64,000 bases of DNA from Eledone cirrhosa. Taxonomy: Eukaryota. Position 1 is the first letter of the stretch. Each line of letters begins with the position of its first letter. The position numbers were made by a program, and so were the translations under genes. Of this stretch, positions 32,348 to 47,729 are shown in pieces. Where the stretch lies: assembly GCA_964016885.1 (NCBI GenBank), contig OZ024749.1, positions 19,220,001-19,284,000 on the forward strand, in the 5' to 3' direction. Under the pieces are notes generated by a model. The model was not told the DNA's origin, did no database searches, and saw nothing but the letters and a program-made list of their open reading frames with translations.

Positions 32348-35300
32348 AATTATTCCAGGTTAAATTAGGGATTGCTCTCTCTCTCTCGGCCTGCTGAAAT
32401 CGCCTCTCACCCTCTCACCCCCTCACTCTCACTATCATATACGCTGCTCTCACACTCCCCCTCACTCCTTACCAACCAAATATAAATGTCTTGTTACGGG
32501 GGACTAAACCCAAAATTTGTCTACTATTACTGATGGTCGCTTGTTCAGTTTTCTTCTACGAAATGTAACGTACATATTTCATTTTCTTCTGAACTCTCCA
32601 CATTCGGTTCATTCATCTATATATCTTACAATCCCCCAGAATCAAAAAAATCGTATTCAAAATTGGCTTTCTATAATTCTGTTCTGTCTCACCGTTGTTC
32701 TAAAAATAATTCTGCTCCTCGCAAACTACCCCATGCCCCTCCCTCCCGTCCCCCACTCTCCACCTTATTACTTGGACCAATCACAAGTAAACGCCCTATG
32801 CTAGCACTTCTGGTTGCTTTTTCGATATGATGGATGAACTAGGGAATTTCTGAAGAGTCAGAAGAATCTGGACACCGGAAGACAATGCAAAAGATAACAA
32901 ATACACCTCATGCTGCCGGACGAAAGGGCAAAGCCCCACCCTCTTTGTTGCGGCTGCGGATGGCCAACATAAGCCCAACCCCATCAACCTCACCCCTCCC
33001 TGCACCCCACCCACCAAACGCAATCCAAAACTTCAGAGTTGGTACCATGAATGTAGGGACCTTAAAAGGCCGCTCAAACGAGGTTGTAGAAATGCTTGAA
33101 CGTAAGGAGGTTGATGTCTGCTGCATCCAAGAGACCAGGTGGAGGGGCGGGTCTGCTAGATTCATTGTGGGTAAAAAACGATGCTATAAGCTTTTCTGGG
33201 TGGGAAATGACAATGGACTGGGTGGGGTAGGAATCATGTTAGCAGAAAAATGGGTGGATAAGATAATAGACGTAAATAGAGTAAACGACAGAATAATTAA
33301 AATAAGACTTGTTCTAAATAGAACTACTGTGACGATAATATCTGCATACGCGCCTCAATCCGGACTGCCTGGCGCTATAAAAGACACTTTCTATGAGACA
33401 CTGATGCTCACTACCTCCCAAATAACCGACAGTGACTATATAATTGTTGCTGCCGACCTAAATGGTCACGTTGGACAACATTGTGACGGCTATGATGAAA
33501 TCCATGGAGGCTTTAGGTTTGGTACTAGAAATGAGGAAGGCTCCAGAATCATGGAGGCACATGGCTTAGTGGTTAGAGCATTGGCCTTGCAATCGAAAGG
33601 TTGTGAGTTCAATTCTCAGACCGGGTGGTGTGTTGTTTCCTTGAGCAAGACACTTTATTTCACATTGCTCCAGTTTACTCAGCTGTAGAAATGAGATGGT
33701 AGGGATTGGGGTCCCTATCATTCCACTGCAAAGTGGTCGTGTAGGTGCCACGGCAAAAAAGCACCCAGCACTCACTGTAAATGAGGTTGGTGTTAGGAAG
33801 GGCATCCAGCTGTAGAAATCAAGCCAGAATCAGTTCCCGTCCCACCCTTGCAAGCAGGGAAAAGCGGACGTAAAATGAAATGAATGAATGAATGAAATAA
33901 CCTAACAATCTGTAACACTAACTTCAAAATACGAGACAATCACTTGATCACCTACAGATCAGGGGAACATACCAGCCAGGTAGATTATATCCTTACCAGA
34001 AGACGTGACAGAGTGACTGTTGTAAACACTAAATCCCTCCCCCATGAAGAATGCACCTCCCAACATAGACTGATAATTAGCGACCTCATAGTCAGGACGA
34101 GACGTACTCGACAGCAGAAGAGGACTATCCTCAGGAGAAAAATATGGAAGCTAAAGGAGCCACAGCCAGAAATAAATTTCAAAGCATATTACTTGATGCT
34201 TTCAACAGTAAGGAAGAACATTTAGAGTCGTACAATATAGAGGAACAGTGGGAATTCCTGAAATCAAACCTGCTGATGGTGGCAGACGAAGTCTGTGGCC
34301 GGAGCAGGCCTATAGGCAGGAGGAGAGTAACATGGTGGTGGAACAGTAAGGTGGAGGAGTCGATTAAGGCCAAAAAGCAGGCTTGGAAAGTATGGCTGGA
34401 TGGTGGAAGTAGAGAAGACTATCAAGTGGCCAGGAGGGAAGCTGGGAGACAAGTGTACTTCGCAAGAAGCAGAGGAAAGAAAGTTCAAGCATGTTCTACA
34501 ATGCGAGGACCAAAAACGTGAGGTGTTCAAGATTGCTAGGCAATGTGTCAAGGAAAACCGTGATATTGTTGGGGAGAAGTGTGTACTAAATGATGATGGC
34601 GTACTCGCCATCACTGATGCTGATAAGAAGGTCGCTTGGAAGTGTCACTACGAGAGGCTACTAAATGAGGAGAATAAATGGGAGAAGGATAGTCTCCCCC
34701 AGATCGATCCAATAGAGGGACCAGCAGTGTTAGTTGAAGGTAGTATAATAAGTAAGGCAATCAAAGATATGAAGACGGGTAAGGCGGTTGGGCCTTCGGA
34801 AATAGTTGCTGAGATGCTGAAGGCATCTGGAACAGTGAGACACACCATAGTAAACCAAGTCATACAGAATGGGGTTGTTCCGAAGGACTGGCGTAGCAGC
34901 ATCATCATTAACTGTTACAAGGGTAAAGGAGATGCCCTAGATAGGAGTAACTATAGAGGCATTAAATTAATCGACCAGGTCATGAAGGTCACGGAAAAAG
35001 TAATCTAACCAGAGAGAGAATCGATATAGATGAAATGCAGTTCGGGTTTGTGTCAGGCAAAAGTACCACAGACGCTCTTTTCATTGTACGACAACTACAG
35101 GAGAAGTACCTAGCTAAAAGTAAACCCCTATACTTAGCCTTTGTCGACTTGGAGAAAGCCTTTGACAGAGACCCCCGTTCCATTATCTGGTGGGCTCTTA
35201 GAAAACTAGGTGTTGACAAATGGCTTGTGAGAGCTATACAAGCCATGTATAAAGAAACAGTGAGCAAGGTTAGAATTAACAACGAATATAGTGAAGAGTT

Positions 35301-36689
35301 TAGCGTAAAAGTTGGTGTCCATCAGGGCTCTGTTCTTAGCCCCCTACTATTTATTATTGCCCTTCAGGCTATAACAGAGGAGTTCAAGACCAGCTGCCCA
35401 TGGGAACTCCTATACGCAGATGATCTAACGCTCATAGCTGAATCAATGACCGAGCTAGAGAAGAAATTCCAAACATGGAAGCACGGCCTAGAATCAAAAG
35501 GCCTTAAAATTAACCTGGCTAAGACTAAAGTTCTAGTTTGTAGGAAAGAAAATAAGGCGCCGGTCCCTTCCGGAAAATGGCCATGCTCAGTGTGTAGGAA
35601 AGGCGTAGGTAGAAACTCCATTTTATGTCCCAAATACAAAGTATGGGTGCATAAAAGATGTAGTGGGATCACAGGTAAGCTAACTAAGAACACAGATTTT
35701 ACATGTGGCCGGTGCTCTGGTGCAATAAGTAGCAGCAAGTGCCCACAAAATACTAGCTCTTTCAATTGCGCAGAGGGTTCTATAGAAATAGTGGACAGCT
35801 TCCGTTACCTGGGTGACAAAATCAGCAGTGGGGGAGGGTGCTCTGAAAGTACAGTAGCTAGAGTCAGAACTGGATGGAAAAAGTTCAGAGAGCTTATACC
35901 ACTATTAGCCGCTAAAGGGTTCTCCCTAAAAATGAAAGGCAGGTTGTATGATGCCTGCATACGAACAGCAATGTTGCATGGCAGTGAGACCTGGGCATTG
36001 TGTGCAGAGGATATACGCAGACTAGAGAGGAACGAAGCTTGCATGCTCCGCTGGATGTGTGATAGTAATATACGTGAACGGCAAAGCATAAACGAACTAA
36101 GGAAAAAATTAGAAATAAGAGGGATCAGATGTTGTTTACTCGAGAGAAGGCTACGTTGGTATGGTCACGTGATGCGCATGAAAGACGACAGCTGTATAGC
36201 AAAGTGCAGGGCAATAAAGATAGATGGTAGCCACGGAGTAGGCAGACCCAGAAAAACCTGGGACGAGCTGATAAATTCCGACCTCACACACTTACACCTC
36301 TCCAAGACAATGTCACTGGACCGAGACCTTTGGCGGTACTCAGTAATAGAGAAGACCCGCCTTACCTAAATACAAAGTAAAACCTACTACAGTCAGTAGG
36401 CATCTCTAACAAAATACACCCCAGTCCCACCACCCCCACCCCATCAACACCGCCCCTTTCAATGTAAAGTTATGTTGGTGCCACAACAAATGAGATCGTG
36501 TAGGTGTCACGAAAAAAAAACACAGTCGACGCTGTAAATGTGGTTGGTGTTAGGAAGGGCATCCAACTGTAGAAAACCCGCCAGACAGTCCTATGCGAGC
36601 AAGACAACCACTCTTGCCTCAAGTGGGAAAACTCCCATCCAAACCCATGCGAGCGTGGAACATGGACGTTAAACGATGATGATGATGAT
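32348..36689 (+). mobile_element. Essentially full-length RTE LINE family A (APE + RT + PHD-like finger), frameshifted and SINE-interrupted
   Basis: ORFs 32885..33688, 33944..34225, 34144..34521, 34400..35008, 35035..36369; QFGF, FVDLEKAFD, GVHQGSVLSPLLF, LLYADD, FRYLG; (GAT)n tail. Confidence 0.95.
33551..33895 (+). mobile_element. Full-length tRNA-derived SINE S1
   Basis: A-box TGGCTTAGTGG, B-box GAGTTCAATTC, CCTTGAGCAAGACACT core, RTE-like 3' part, (GAAT)n tail; interrupts RTE APE domain. Confidence 0.93.
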
Positions 36690-36834
36690 ATATATATTAT
36701 ATATATATATATCATATATATATATATATTATATATATATATATCATATATATATATATATCATATATATATATATATTATATATATATATATCATATAT
36801 ATATAAATATCATATATATATATATATCATATAT

Positions 36835-37003
36835 ATCTATCTATCTAAGGCGGGTAAAATTCCCGAGATCCATGGACGAGTTCTCTCCAGCGGTCTCTGT
36901 CCCTCATTATCGCTGCCATATCCTGCATCTCCAACAGACCAGTGTCTGTCCTTAGGGCATCAACATATGTTAACCTTGGTCTTCCTCTTCTAGTGTGTCC
37001 ATG
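36835..37003 (-). mobile_element. RTE family X 3' fragment
   Basis: Reverse complement of ~26141-26308. Confidence 0.85.
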
Positions 37004-37354
37004 AAAAGAAATATGGAGAGTCGATCATATATATATATCATATATATATATATATCATATATATATATCATATATAAATATATATCATATATATATATCA
37101 TATATATATTTATATCATATATATATATATATATATATATCATATATATATATGATATATATATATATATGATTTATATATATATGATATATATGATATA
37201 TATATATGATATATATATATGATTTATATATATATGATATATATGATATATATATATGTATAATATATATATATATATATATATATGATATATATATATA
37301 TATGATATATATATATATATGATATATATATATATGATATATATACATATATAT

Positions 37355-38136
37355 ATCATCATCATCATCATCATCAGGTTTAGCGTCCGTGTTCCACGCT
37401 TGCATGGGTTTGGACGGGGGTTTTCCCACTTGAGGCAAGAGTGGTTGTCTTGCTCGCATAGGACTGTCTGGCGGGTTTTCTACAGTTGGATGCCCTTCCT
37501 AACACCAACCACATTTACAGTGTGGGGCTGGGAGGTTTTTACCGTGTTGCCTACACGGCCACATTACAGCGTGGACTGTCTGGCGGGTTTTCTACAGCTG
37601 GATGCCCTTCCTAACACCAACCACATTTACAGTGTGGGGCTGGGAGGTTTTTACCGTGTTGCCTACACGGCCACATTTACAGCGTGGACTGTGTGTTTTT
37701 TTGTCGTGACACCTACACGATCTCATTTGTTTCGGCCTGGATGTTGTGGGACCAACATAACTTTACATTGAAAGAGGCGGTGTGGGTGGGGTGGAGGTGG
37801 TGGGACGGGGGTGTGTTTTGATAGAGATGCCTACTGACTGTAGTAGGTTTTTACTTTGTATTTAGGTAAGGCGGGTCTTCTCTATTACTGAGTACCGCCA
37901 AAGGTCTCGGTCCAGTGACATTGTCTTGGAGAGGTGTAAGCGTGTGAGGTCGGAATTTATCAGCTCGTCCCATGTTTTTCTGGGTCTGCCTACTCCGTGG
38001 CTACCGTCTATCTTTATTGCCCTGCACTTTGTTATACAGCTGTCGTCTTTCATGCGCATCACGTGACCGTACCAACGTAGCCTTCTCTCGAGTAAACAAC
38101 ATCTGATCCCTCTTATTTCTAATTTTTTCCTTAGTT
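37355..38136 (-). mobile_element. 5'-truncated RTE family A 3' end
   Basis: ORF 37862..38062; near-identical to 26582-27290. Confidence 0.9.
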
Positions 38137-38631
38137 ATATATGATATATATATATATATATGATATATATATATATATATGATATATGATATATATATAT
38201 ATATATGGTATATATATATATGATATATATATATATATATATATGATATATATATATATATATATATATGATTTATATATATATGATATATATATATTTA
38301 TATATATATATATATGATATATATTTATATATATATATTTATATATATATATATATATATGATATATATTTATATATATATATGATACATATATATATAT
38401 ATATGATATATATATATTTATATATATATATATGATATATATTTATATATATATATGATACATATATATATATGATATATATATATTTATATATATATAT
38501 ATGATATATATTTATATATATATATGATATATATATATATATGATATATATATATATTTATATATATATATATGATATATATTTATATATATATATGATA
38601 CATATATATATATATATGATATATATACATT

Positions 38632-38662
<31 letters not shown>

Positions 38663-38721
38663 ATATGATATATATTTATATATATATATGATACATATAT
38701 ATATATATATGATATATATAC

Positions 38722-38766
<45 letters not shown>

Positions 38767-38918
38767 ATATATATATATATGATATATGAAATATATATAT
38801 ATGATATATATATATATATATGATATATATATATATATATATATGATATATATATATATATATATATATGATATATATATATATATATATATATGATATA
38901 TATATATATATATATATG

Positions 38919-38978
<60 letters not shown>

Positions 38979-39100
38979 ATATATATATATATATATATGA
39001 TATATATATATATATATATATATGATATATATATATATATATATATATGATATATATATATATATATATATGATATATATATATATATATATATATCATA
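38137..39100. repeat. (TA)n/(AT)nG array
   Basis: Direct reading. Confidence 0.95.
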
Positions 39101-39153
39101 TAGAATAAGGAAAAGCGGAGTAGTTTCAGATGTTCAAGTCCTTTAATAATAAT

Positions 39154-39345
39154 TGTTTCTAATTTTGGCACAAGGCCAGCAATTACTCAGTACATTACTG
39201 GTACTTTATTTTATCGACCCCGTAAGGATGAAAGGCAAAGTTAACCTTGGAGGGATTTGAACTCAGTCCTTAAAGGGACGTAACTCTATGCTAGAAAGCA
39301 TGGCGTCCAACCCTCTACTGATACTGCTAATCCACTGCCCTAATC
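39154..39345 (-). mobile_element. SINE S2 with 19 bp TSD
   Basis: Reverse complement of 13800-13985 family; CAAGTCCTTTAATAATAAT at 39135-39153 and 39346-39364. Confidence 0.9.
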
Positions 39346-39364
39346 CAAGTCCTTTAATAATAAT

Positions 39365-39438
39365 GCTGTGATATATATTTCAATGACGACACTGGCCCCA
39401 CTGTTCTGTGTGCGAGTGTCGTGTCATCATCAGACAGC
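39365..39438 (-). ncRNA. Type I hammerhead ribozyme (family G) in a non-coding PLE-like 3' end (~39100-39650)
   Basis: Minus strand: GCTGT-CTGATGA-TGAC..GACACT...AGTGTC GTCATT-GAA-ATATATAT-C-ACAGC. Confidence 0.83.
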
Positions 39439-39650
39439 CTGTTACATAATAAGGTTGTTTCCGAGGCAAGCCAAATTGAATCGACATGGGAACGGATGAA
39501 GTTCGTGCTTTTGGGATTTTCATCCGTTCCCTTGTGAGTACCAATTCACCCCCACCGGTCTGCGCATGCGCATGTCCGAAGTAAGTTGACCATTAGCCAC
39601 CGCAGATTTCAACGAAATTCGCTGTCACTTTCTTCGGACATGCGCTTGAG

Positions 39651-41080
<1,430 letters not shown>

Positions 41081-41081
41081 T

Positions 41082-41288
41082 ATTGTATAGAAGGAGCTTC
41101 TACAGGACTAGTACTGTTTCATTCAGAAGAAATCTTCACGAAGCTCCTGAGCTTCCTGAAGATTTCTTCTGAATGAAACAGTACTAGTCCTGTAGAAGCT
41201 CCTTCTATACAATTAATATATTTTACTCTGCCATGTATTGAGTACCTTACTTACTGTGGTTATCCTCGACTCAAGCCGGGACCTACGT
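41082..41288. mobile_element. Palindrome (41082-41213) of two back-to-back HHRs plus one-sided ~75 nt tail (family H)
   Basis: ~65 bp arms around CT at 41147-41148. Confidence 0.85.
41149..41201 (+). ncRNA. Type I hammerhead ribozyme (family H)
   Basis: GAGCTTC-CTGAAGA-TTTC TTCT GAAT-GAA-ACAG TACTAGTC CTGT-A-GAAGCTC; the minus-strand twin has C3 changed to G. Confidence 0.78.
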
Positions 41289-41308
41289 ATATATATATAT
41301 ATATATAT

Positions 41309-41346
<38 letters not shown>

Positions 41347-41372
41347 GATATATATATATATCATATATATAT

Positions 41373-41410
<38 letters not shown>

Positions 41411-41444
41411 GATATAGATATATCATATATATATAGATATATAT

Positions 41445-41491
<47 letters not shown>

Positions 41492-41503
41492 TATATAAAT
41501 ATA

Positions 41504-41544
<41 letters not shown>

Positions 41545-41696
41545 TATATAAATATATATATATATCATATATATATATACATATCATATATATATATGAT
41601 ATAAATATACATATATATATATCATATATATATATATATATATCATATATATATATATATCATATATATATATATATCATATATATATCTCCATAT

Positions 41697-41782
41697 GAGA
41701 GGATATGGCAGCGATAATGAAGGACAGAGACCGCTGGAGAGAACTCGTCCCATGGATCTCGGGAATTTTACCTGCCTTAGAT
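41697..41782 (+). mobile_element. RTE family X 3' fragment
   Basis: Matches 26221-26300. Confidence 0.8.
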
Positions 41783-41870
41783 ATATATATATATATATAT
41801 ATATATATCATATATATATATATATCATATATATATATCATATATATATATATATATGATATATATATAT

Positions 41871-41943
<73 letters not shown>

Positions 41944-41944
41944 C

Positions 41945-41991
<47 letters not shown>

Positions 41992-42997
41992 TATATATAT
42001 ATCCTATATATATACTAATTTTACTGGATTCCTGTTGATAAGCACAGAAGATTTGATATTTCACTTTTTTATTTCTATTCCATTTCGATTCTCTTTATTT
42101 TTCAATTCACATTCCACCATTGCGAAACTTATTTAGGTTTCGAGGTTCAAATTCGTCTACAGAACAGGTTTGAATTTTGAAATCTGAATCTGTCCAGGAA
42201 TCATGGCTGTTGCCAATATAAGCTTGTCTTTATTGACTTATATCGAGACAGACAAATTGTATTCACTTTAATTAGTTTATTTCATTAATGGCTAATTTTG
42301 TCTGTTGCAATATAAACACATTTCGTGTTTATCATATATTTTAAATGTAACTGCTCGGGAGAGCCCCTTTTCCTGCAGCTTAATTATTGTAAACGACTGA
42401 GAGTTTATTCTCAAAATATAATATAATATATATAGATATATATATTTATGATATATATAAATATGATATATAGATATATATATATATGATATATATCATA
42501 TATATATAGATATATATATAAATATATATATATATGATACATATATATATATGATATATATATATATCATATATTTATATATATATATAGGCTAAAATGA
42601 ATCACTAGAGTTGATTTGACTTTGTTCCAGTCATCCATCCATACACATTTTTCAAAGGTATTTAACTCCCTACCTCACAGCCACTTGTTATTCTCCTACC
42701 ATGCTGACTCTGTCTATTTTTCCTCTTCTCTGTCTATTTCCCCATCAAAGGCTTCAGGCCATGACGCTACTATTATTATTAATATTATTGTTGATGTATT
42801 AATATTATTGTTGATGTATTCTATCAGCTAATTTTGCCATGCCGCGACCCTCTCTCTCTATGATAGCTATCCGCCGCCCCCCCCCCCTCTCTATCTATCT
42901 CTCTATGATGGCTACCATTACCTCCCGTTCCCTCTTCGCCCATGAATCACTAGAGTGATTTGGCTTCGTTCCAGTCAACCCATCTTGACGGCGACCC

Positions 42998-43154
42998 TCT
43001 CAATACTTAGGGTAGTAGAGTGGGTAATAGGAACGCGTAGGACCCCGACGGCTGAGCTGAAGCCGTTTCGACGGCTAATTCCGGACTAAATTTAGTCCAG
43101 AATTAGCCGTCGAAACGGCTTGAGCTCAGCCGTCGGGGTCCTACTCGTTCCTAT
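42998..43154. mobile_element. Fold-back palindrome (43027-43154), family F variant with longer central hairpin
   Basis: Centre CGGCTAATTCCGGACTAAATTTAGTCCAGAATTAGCCG. Confidence 0.82.
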
Positions 43155-43163
43155 ATATATATA

Positions 43164-43201
<38 letters not shown>

Positions 43202-43231
43202 AGATCAAAAGATGGTTAAAGGAGTTCAATA

Positions 43232-43302
43232 TATTTTATTATGCGCATTTCAAAAACAAACATCATCAAACAATAATATTTGTGTTTTCATCAGATAAAA
43301 CA
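43232..43302 (-). ncRNA. Type I hammerhead ribozyme (family C)
   Basis: Same motif as 29537-29607. Confidence 0.82.
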
Positions 43303-44790
43303 GGAGAACATGATATGAAGGCTAAAAAAAACACTTGTTGATAGTGCAGTTTTAAATCAACATATGAAAAGTGGTTTTAGATTGATGTGTGATATTGGGA
43401 AAAATATTTTATTTAGAGAGGGGGGGAGAGAAAAGGATGAAAAGGGAAGGAGATGAGAGGGAGAGATGGGTGATAGAGAGAAAGAGATAGTTTTTATAAC
43501 AGAGAGGAGATATATTTTATATAGAGGGGTTGAAAGCCGTTGGAAGATACTGTATAAATTAAAAATTTTTGAAAATTAACGAAGGGAGGATATGTGCGAG
43601 GAAAAAATATATTATATTTAGGGAGGGGTGGGGGTGGAAAGGATGAAAAAAAGGGGAGGAGATGAGAGTGAAGGTGGAAAGGGAGAGATGGGTGATAGAG
43701 AGAAAGAGATAGTTTTTATAACTGAGAAAAAGATATAATGTTTTAATATAGAGAGGTTGGGAACCGTTGGAAGATAATGTATAAATTAAAGGAATTTGAA
43801 AATTAACGAAGGGAAATTATGTATGGAGATAGAGAGAAAAAAAATAACGAAGGGAGATTATGTATGGAGATAGAGAGAAAAAAAAAAAAAAAAAAAATAA
43901 TAATAATTGTGGGTGAATATTCAAAAGGAGAAATGTAGGAATCTTAAAATTAGTAAAGAGAAAATGTTTATGTATAGGATTTGAGAAAAATAATGTGAAG
44001 TTAAAGTTTTTATATTGAATTCATATGTATTAATAATGAGTTCGTTGATGGGGAGAAAAAAATAATAATAAATTAAGGATGAAATTGAGATTAAAAAGAT
44101 TTATGATAGAGAGAAAAAATAATAATGATTGCGGATGAATACTCAAAATGTCAAAAACAAATGTTATTGTTTTACGAAGAGATATAATGAGGGTGATGAG
44201 TAAACGGGTATTATAGAGTGTATAATGCCCTTTAAAGTAAGGTAGATGGGTATATTTTAAAGAATATATGAGTATATATTAAAAAAAATATATAATAATA
44301 AATTAAGGATGAAATTGAGATTAAAAAGATTTATGATAGAGGGAAAAAAAAAATAATAATGATTGCGGATGAATATTCAAAATGTCAAAAACAAATGTTA
44401 TTGTTTTACGAGAAGATAGGATGAGGTAAATGAATAAACGAGTACTATAGAGTGTATAATGCCCTTTAAAGTAAGGTAGATGGGTATATTTTAAAGAGGT
44501 GTATGTATATGTGCCTTTGAGAAAAGATTCTAAATTGATAAAGAATTGAATATTAACTGTATACTTTGTGAAAAGTTCTATGGAATTTATGGAGGCAGAT
44601 GGAAAACAAATCCGAGCGTCTATTTATTATGGATTCTAGGTTAGAGATAATGGTAAATTTTTCATTTAGGCAGAGATTACAGATTTTAGATAGAGAACTG
44701 TTCAAGTACGAGGATGCAGAAGAAATCTTTTTCCAAAAGATGTTATATTTAATGTTTTTGTCTTTTAAGGACCATATGAGTTCTGAGAGA

Positions 44791-45313
44791 AACTATTATT
44801 CCTATTATTCCTATCGCAAACAACTTCTCCAATCCAATTCCTTCTATAGATAACACTAGATCACTCATTAATAATCTCTCTAATTGCAACTGCCGCATTA
44901 AAAATAAATGTCCTCTCAACAACCATTGCCTCGATAAAAACTTAATTTATGAATGTAAAATTATAACTAGCACCAACTCCTTCACCTATTTTGGCTCCAC
45001 TTCCACCTCTTTTAAAGCTCGTCTCTATAATCATCATTCATCTTTCAAATACAAACTTAAAAGAACTAACACTGCTCTCTCAGAACTCATATGGTCCTTA
45101 AAAGACAAAAACATTAAATATAACATCTTTTGGAAAAAGATTTCTTCTGCATCCTCGTACTTGAACAGTTCTCTATCTAAAATCTGTAATCTCTGCCTAA
45201 ATGAAAAATTTACCATTATCTCTAACCTAGAATCCATAATAAATAGACGCTCGGATTTGTTTTCCATCTGCCTCCATAAATTCCATAGAACTTTTCACAA
45301 AGTATACAGTTAA
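44791..45313 (+). pseudogene. Open but 5'-truncated Naiad-type GIY-YIG domain (not in ORF track; no start codon)
   Basis: CNCRIKNKCPLNNHCLDKNLIYECKI...YFGSTSTSFKARLYNHHSSF...TALSELIWSLK...CNLCLNEK...NRRSDLFSICLH. Confidence 0.9.
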
Positions 45314-46556
45314 TATTCAATTCTTTATCAATTTAGAATCTTTTCTCAAAGGCACATATACATACACCTCTTTAAAATATACCCATCTACCTTACTTTAA
45401 AGGGCATTATACACTCTATAGTACTCGTTTATTCATTTACCTCATCCTATCTTCTCGTAAAACAATAACATTTGTTTTTGACATTTTGAATATTCATCCG
45501 CAATCATTATTATTTTTTTTTTTCCCTCTATCATAAATCTTTTTAATCTCAATTTCATCCTTAATTTATTATTATATATTTTTTTTAATATATACTCATA
45601 TATTCTTTAAAATATACCCATCTACCTTACTTTAAAGGGCATTATACACTCTATAATACCCGTTTACTCATCACCCTCATTATATCTCTTCGTAAAACAA
45701 TAACATTTGTTTTTGACATTTTGAGTATTCATCCGCAATCATTATTATTTTTTCTCTCTATCATAAATCTTTTTAATCTCAATTTCATCCTTAATTTATT
45801 ATTATTTTTTTCTCCCCATCAACGAACTCATTATTAATACATATGAATTCAATATAAAAACTTTAACTTCACATTATTTTTCTCAAATCCTATACATAAA
45901 CATTTTCTCTTTACTAATTTTAAGATTCCTACATTTCTCCTTTTGAATATTCACCCACAATTATTATTATTTTTTTTTTTTTCTCTCTATCTCCATACAT
46001 AATCTCCCTTCGTTATTTTTTTCTCTCTATCTCCATACATAATTTCCCTTCGTTAATTTTCAAATTCCTTTAATTTATACATTATCTTCCAACGGTTCCC
46101 AACCTCTCTATATTAAAACATTATATCTTTTTCTCAGTTATAAAAACTATCTCTTTCTCTCTATCACCCATCTCTCCCTTTCCACCTTCACTCTCATCTC
46201 CTCCCCTTTTTTTCATCCTTTCCACCCCCACCCCTCCCTAAATATAATATATTTTTTCCTCGCACATATCCTCCCTTCGTTAATTTTCAAAAATTTTTAA
46301 TTTATACAGTATCTTCCAACGGCTTTCAACCCCTCTATATAAAATATATCTCCTCTCTGTTATAAAAACTATCTCTTTCTCTCTATCACCCATCTCTCCC
46401 TCTCATCTCCTTCCCTTTTCATCCTTTTCTCTCCCCCCCTCTCTAAATAAAATATTTTTCCCAATATCACACATCAATCTAAAACCACTTTTCATATGTT
46501 GATTTAAAACTGCACTATCAACAAGTGTTTTTTTTAGCCTTCATATCATGTTCTCC

Positions 46557-46627
46557 TGTTTTATCTGATGAAAACACAAATATTATTGTTTGATGATGTT
46601 TGTTTTTGAAATGCGCATAATAAAATA
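46557..46627 (+). ncRNA. Type I hammerhead ribozyme (family C)
   Basis: Same motif as 31260-31330. Confidence 0.83.
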
Positions 46628-46748
46628 TATTGAACTCCTTTAACCATCTTTTGATCTTATATTATGCATACTCCAGTCCCACAAACTGTAGAGTGCTTCT
46701 TATCCGATATCTGCATTGCTTTATTGTACTACAATAAAACTCACCTCC

Positions 46749-46782
<34 letters not shown>

Positions 46783-46785
<3 letters not shown>

Positions 46786-47700
46786 TCATCACCGTTTTAC
46801 GTCCGTTCTTCCACGCTAGCATGGGTTAGACGGGTTGTCCTGTTGTGGGCAGTGTCTGGTCGGCTGACCATGCCTTGCTCATACAGGAACTGATCTGGCT
46901 TGATTTCTACAGCTGGATGCCCTTCCTAACACCAACCTCATTTACAGTGAGTGCTGGGTGCTTTTTCGTGGCGCCTACACGTCCACTTTACAGAGTGGGC
47001 TGGGTGCTTTTTTGCCGTGGCACCTCCACGACCACCTTGCGGTGGGGGGGGGGGGGGCATATTGTTTATATGCTTCAGCATGTACCCATGGGAGGTCGGG
47101 TACCCTGTATTACTGTGTGACGCCAGAAGTCACGGTCGTGTGTCATTGACTTTGAGAGGTGTAGTTGGGTAAGGTCGGCTTTTATCACCTCATCCCAAGT
47201 CATCTTGGGTCTCCCCACTCCGCGGTTTCCATCAACTTCTAGTGCTCTGCACCTTTTTATGCAGCTGTCATCCTTCATACGCATCACATGTCCATACCAG
47301 CGTAACTGCCTCTCCTGCACGCAGCATTTGATTCCTCTTATGCTCAGTCTCTCTCTCAATTCCTTTATGCTTTGTCGTTCACGTATATTACTGTTACACA
47401 TCCATCGGAGCATGCAGGCTTCGTTTCTCTCTAATCTACGTAAGTCTTCCACCTTCAGCGCCCAGGTCTCACTACCATGCAACATCGCTGTTCGGATACA
47501 CGCATCATACAGTCTGCCTTTCATTCTGAGGGAGAAGCCTTTTGCAGCTAGCAGTGGTAGTAGTTCCCTAAACTTCTTCCATCCCGTTCTTACCCTAGTT
47601 ATTGTACTTTCTGAGCACCCACCTCCGTTGCTAATTCGGTCACCTAGGTAGCAGAAGCTGTCTACTGTTTCTACAGGGCCCTCCCAGAGATTGGTGGTAC
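46783..47700 (-). mobile_element. 5'-truncated RTE family B
   Basis: ORF 47075..47737: [25 protein letters not shown]; (CAT)n tail. Confidence 0.92.
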
Positions 47701-47729
47701 TTGTTTCCTGTGGCTGTATATATATATAT

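Larger units (their letters stand above)
43195..46751. mobile_element. Naiad-type PLE family C, inverted-repeat insertion with ~1.6 kb arms
   Basis: 43195-44790 is the reverse complement of ~45075-46665; tail 46666-46751 on the right arm only. Confidence 0.9.

Noticed and set aside
33551-33630. tRNA gene (also 13800, 59950, 63400)
   Set aside because: A/B boxes belong to SINE heads; no complete cloverleaf and they continue into SINE bodies.
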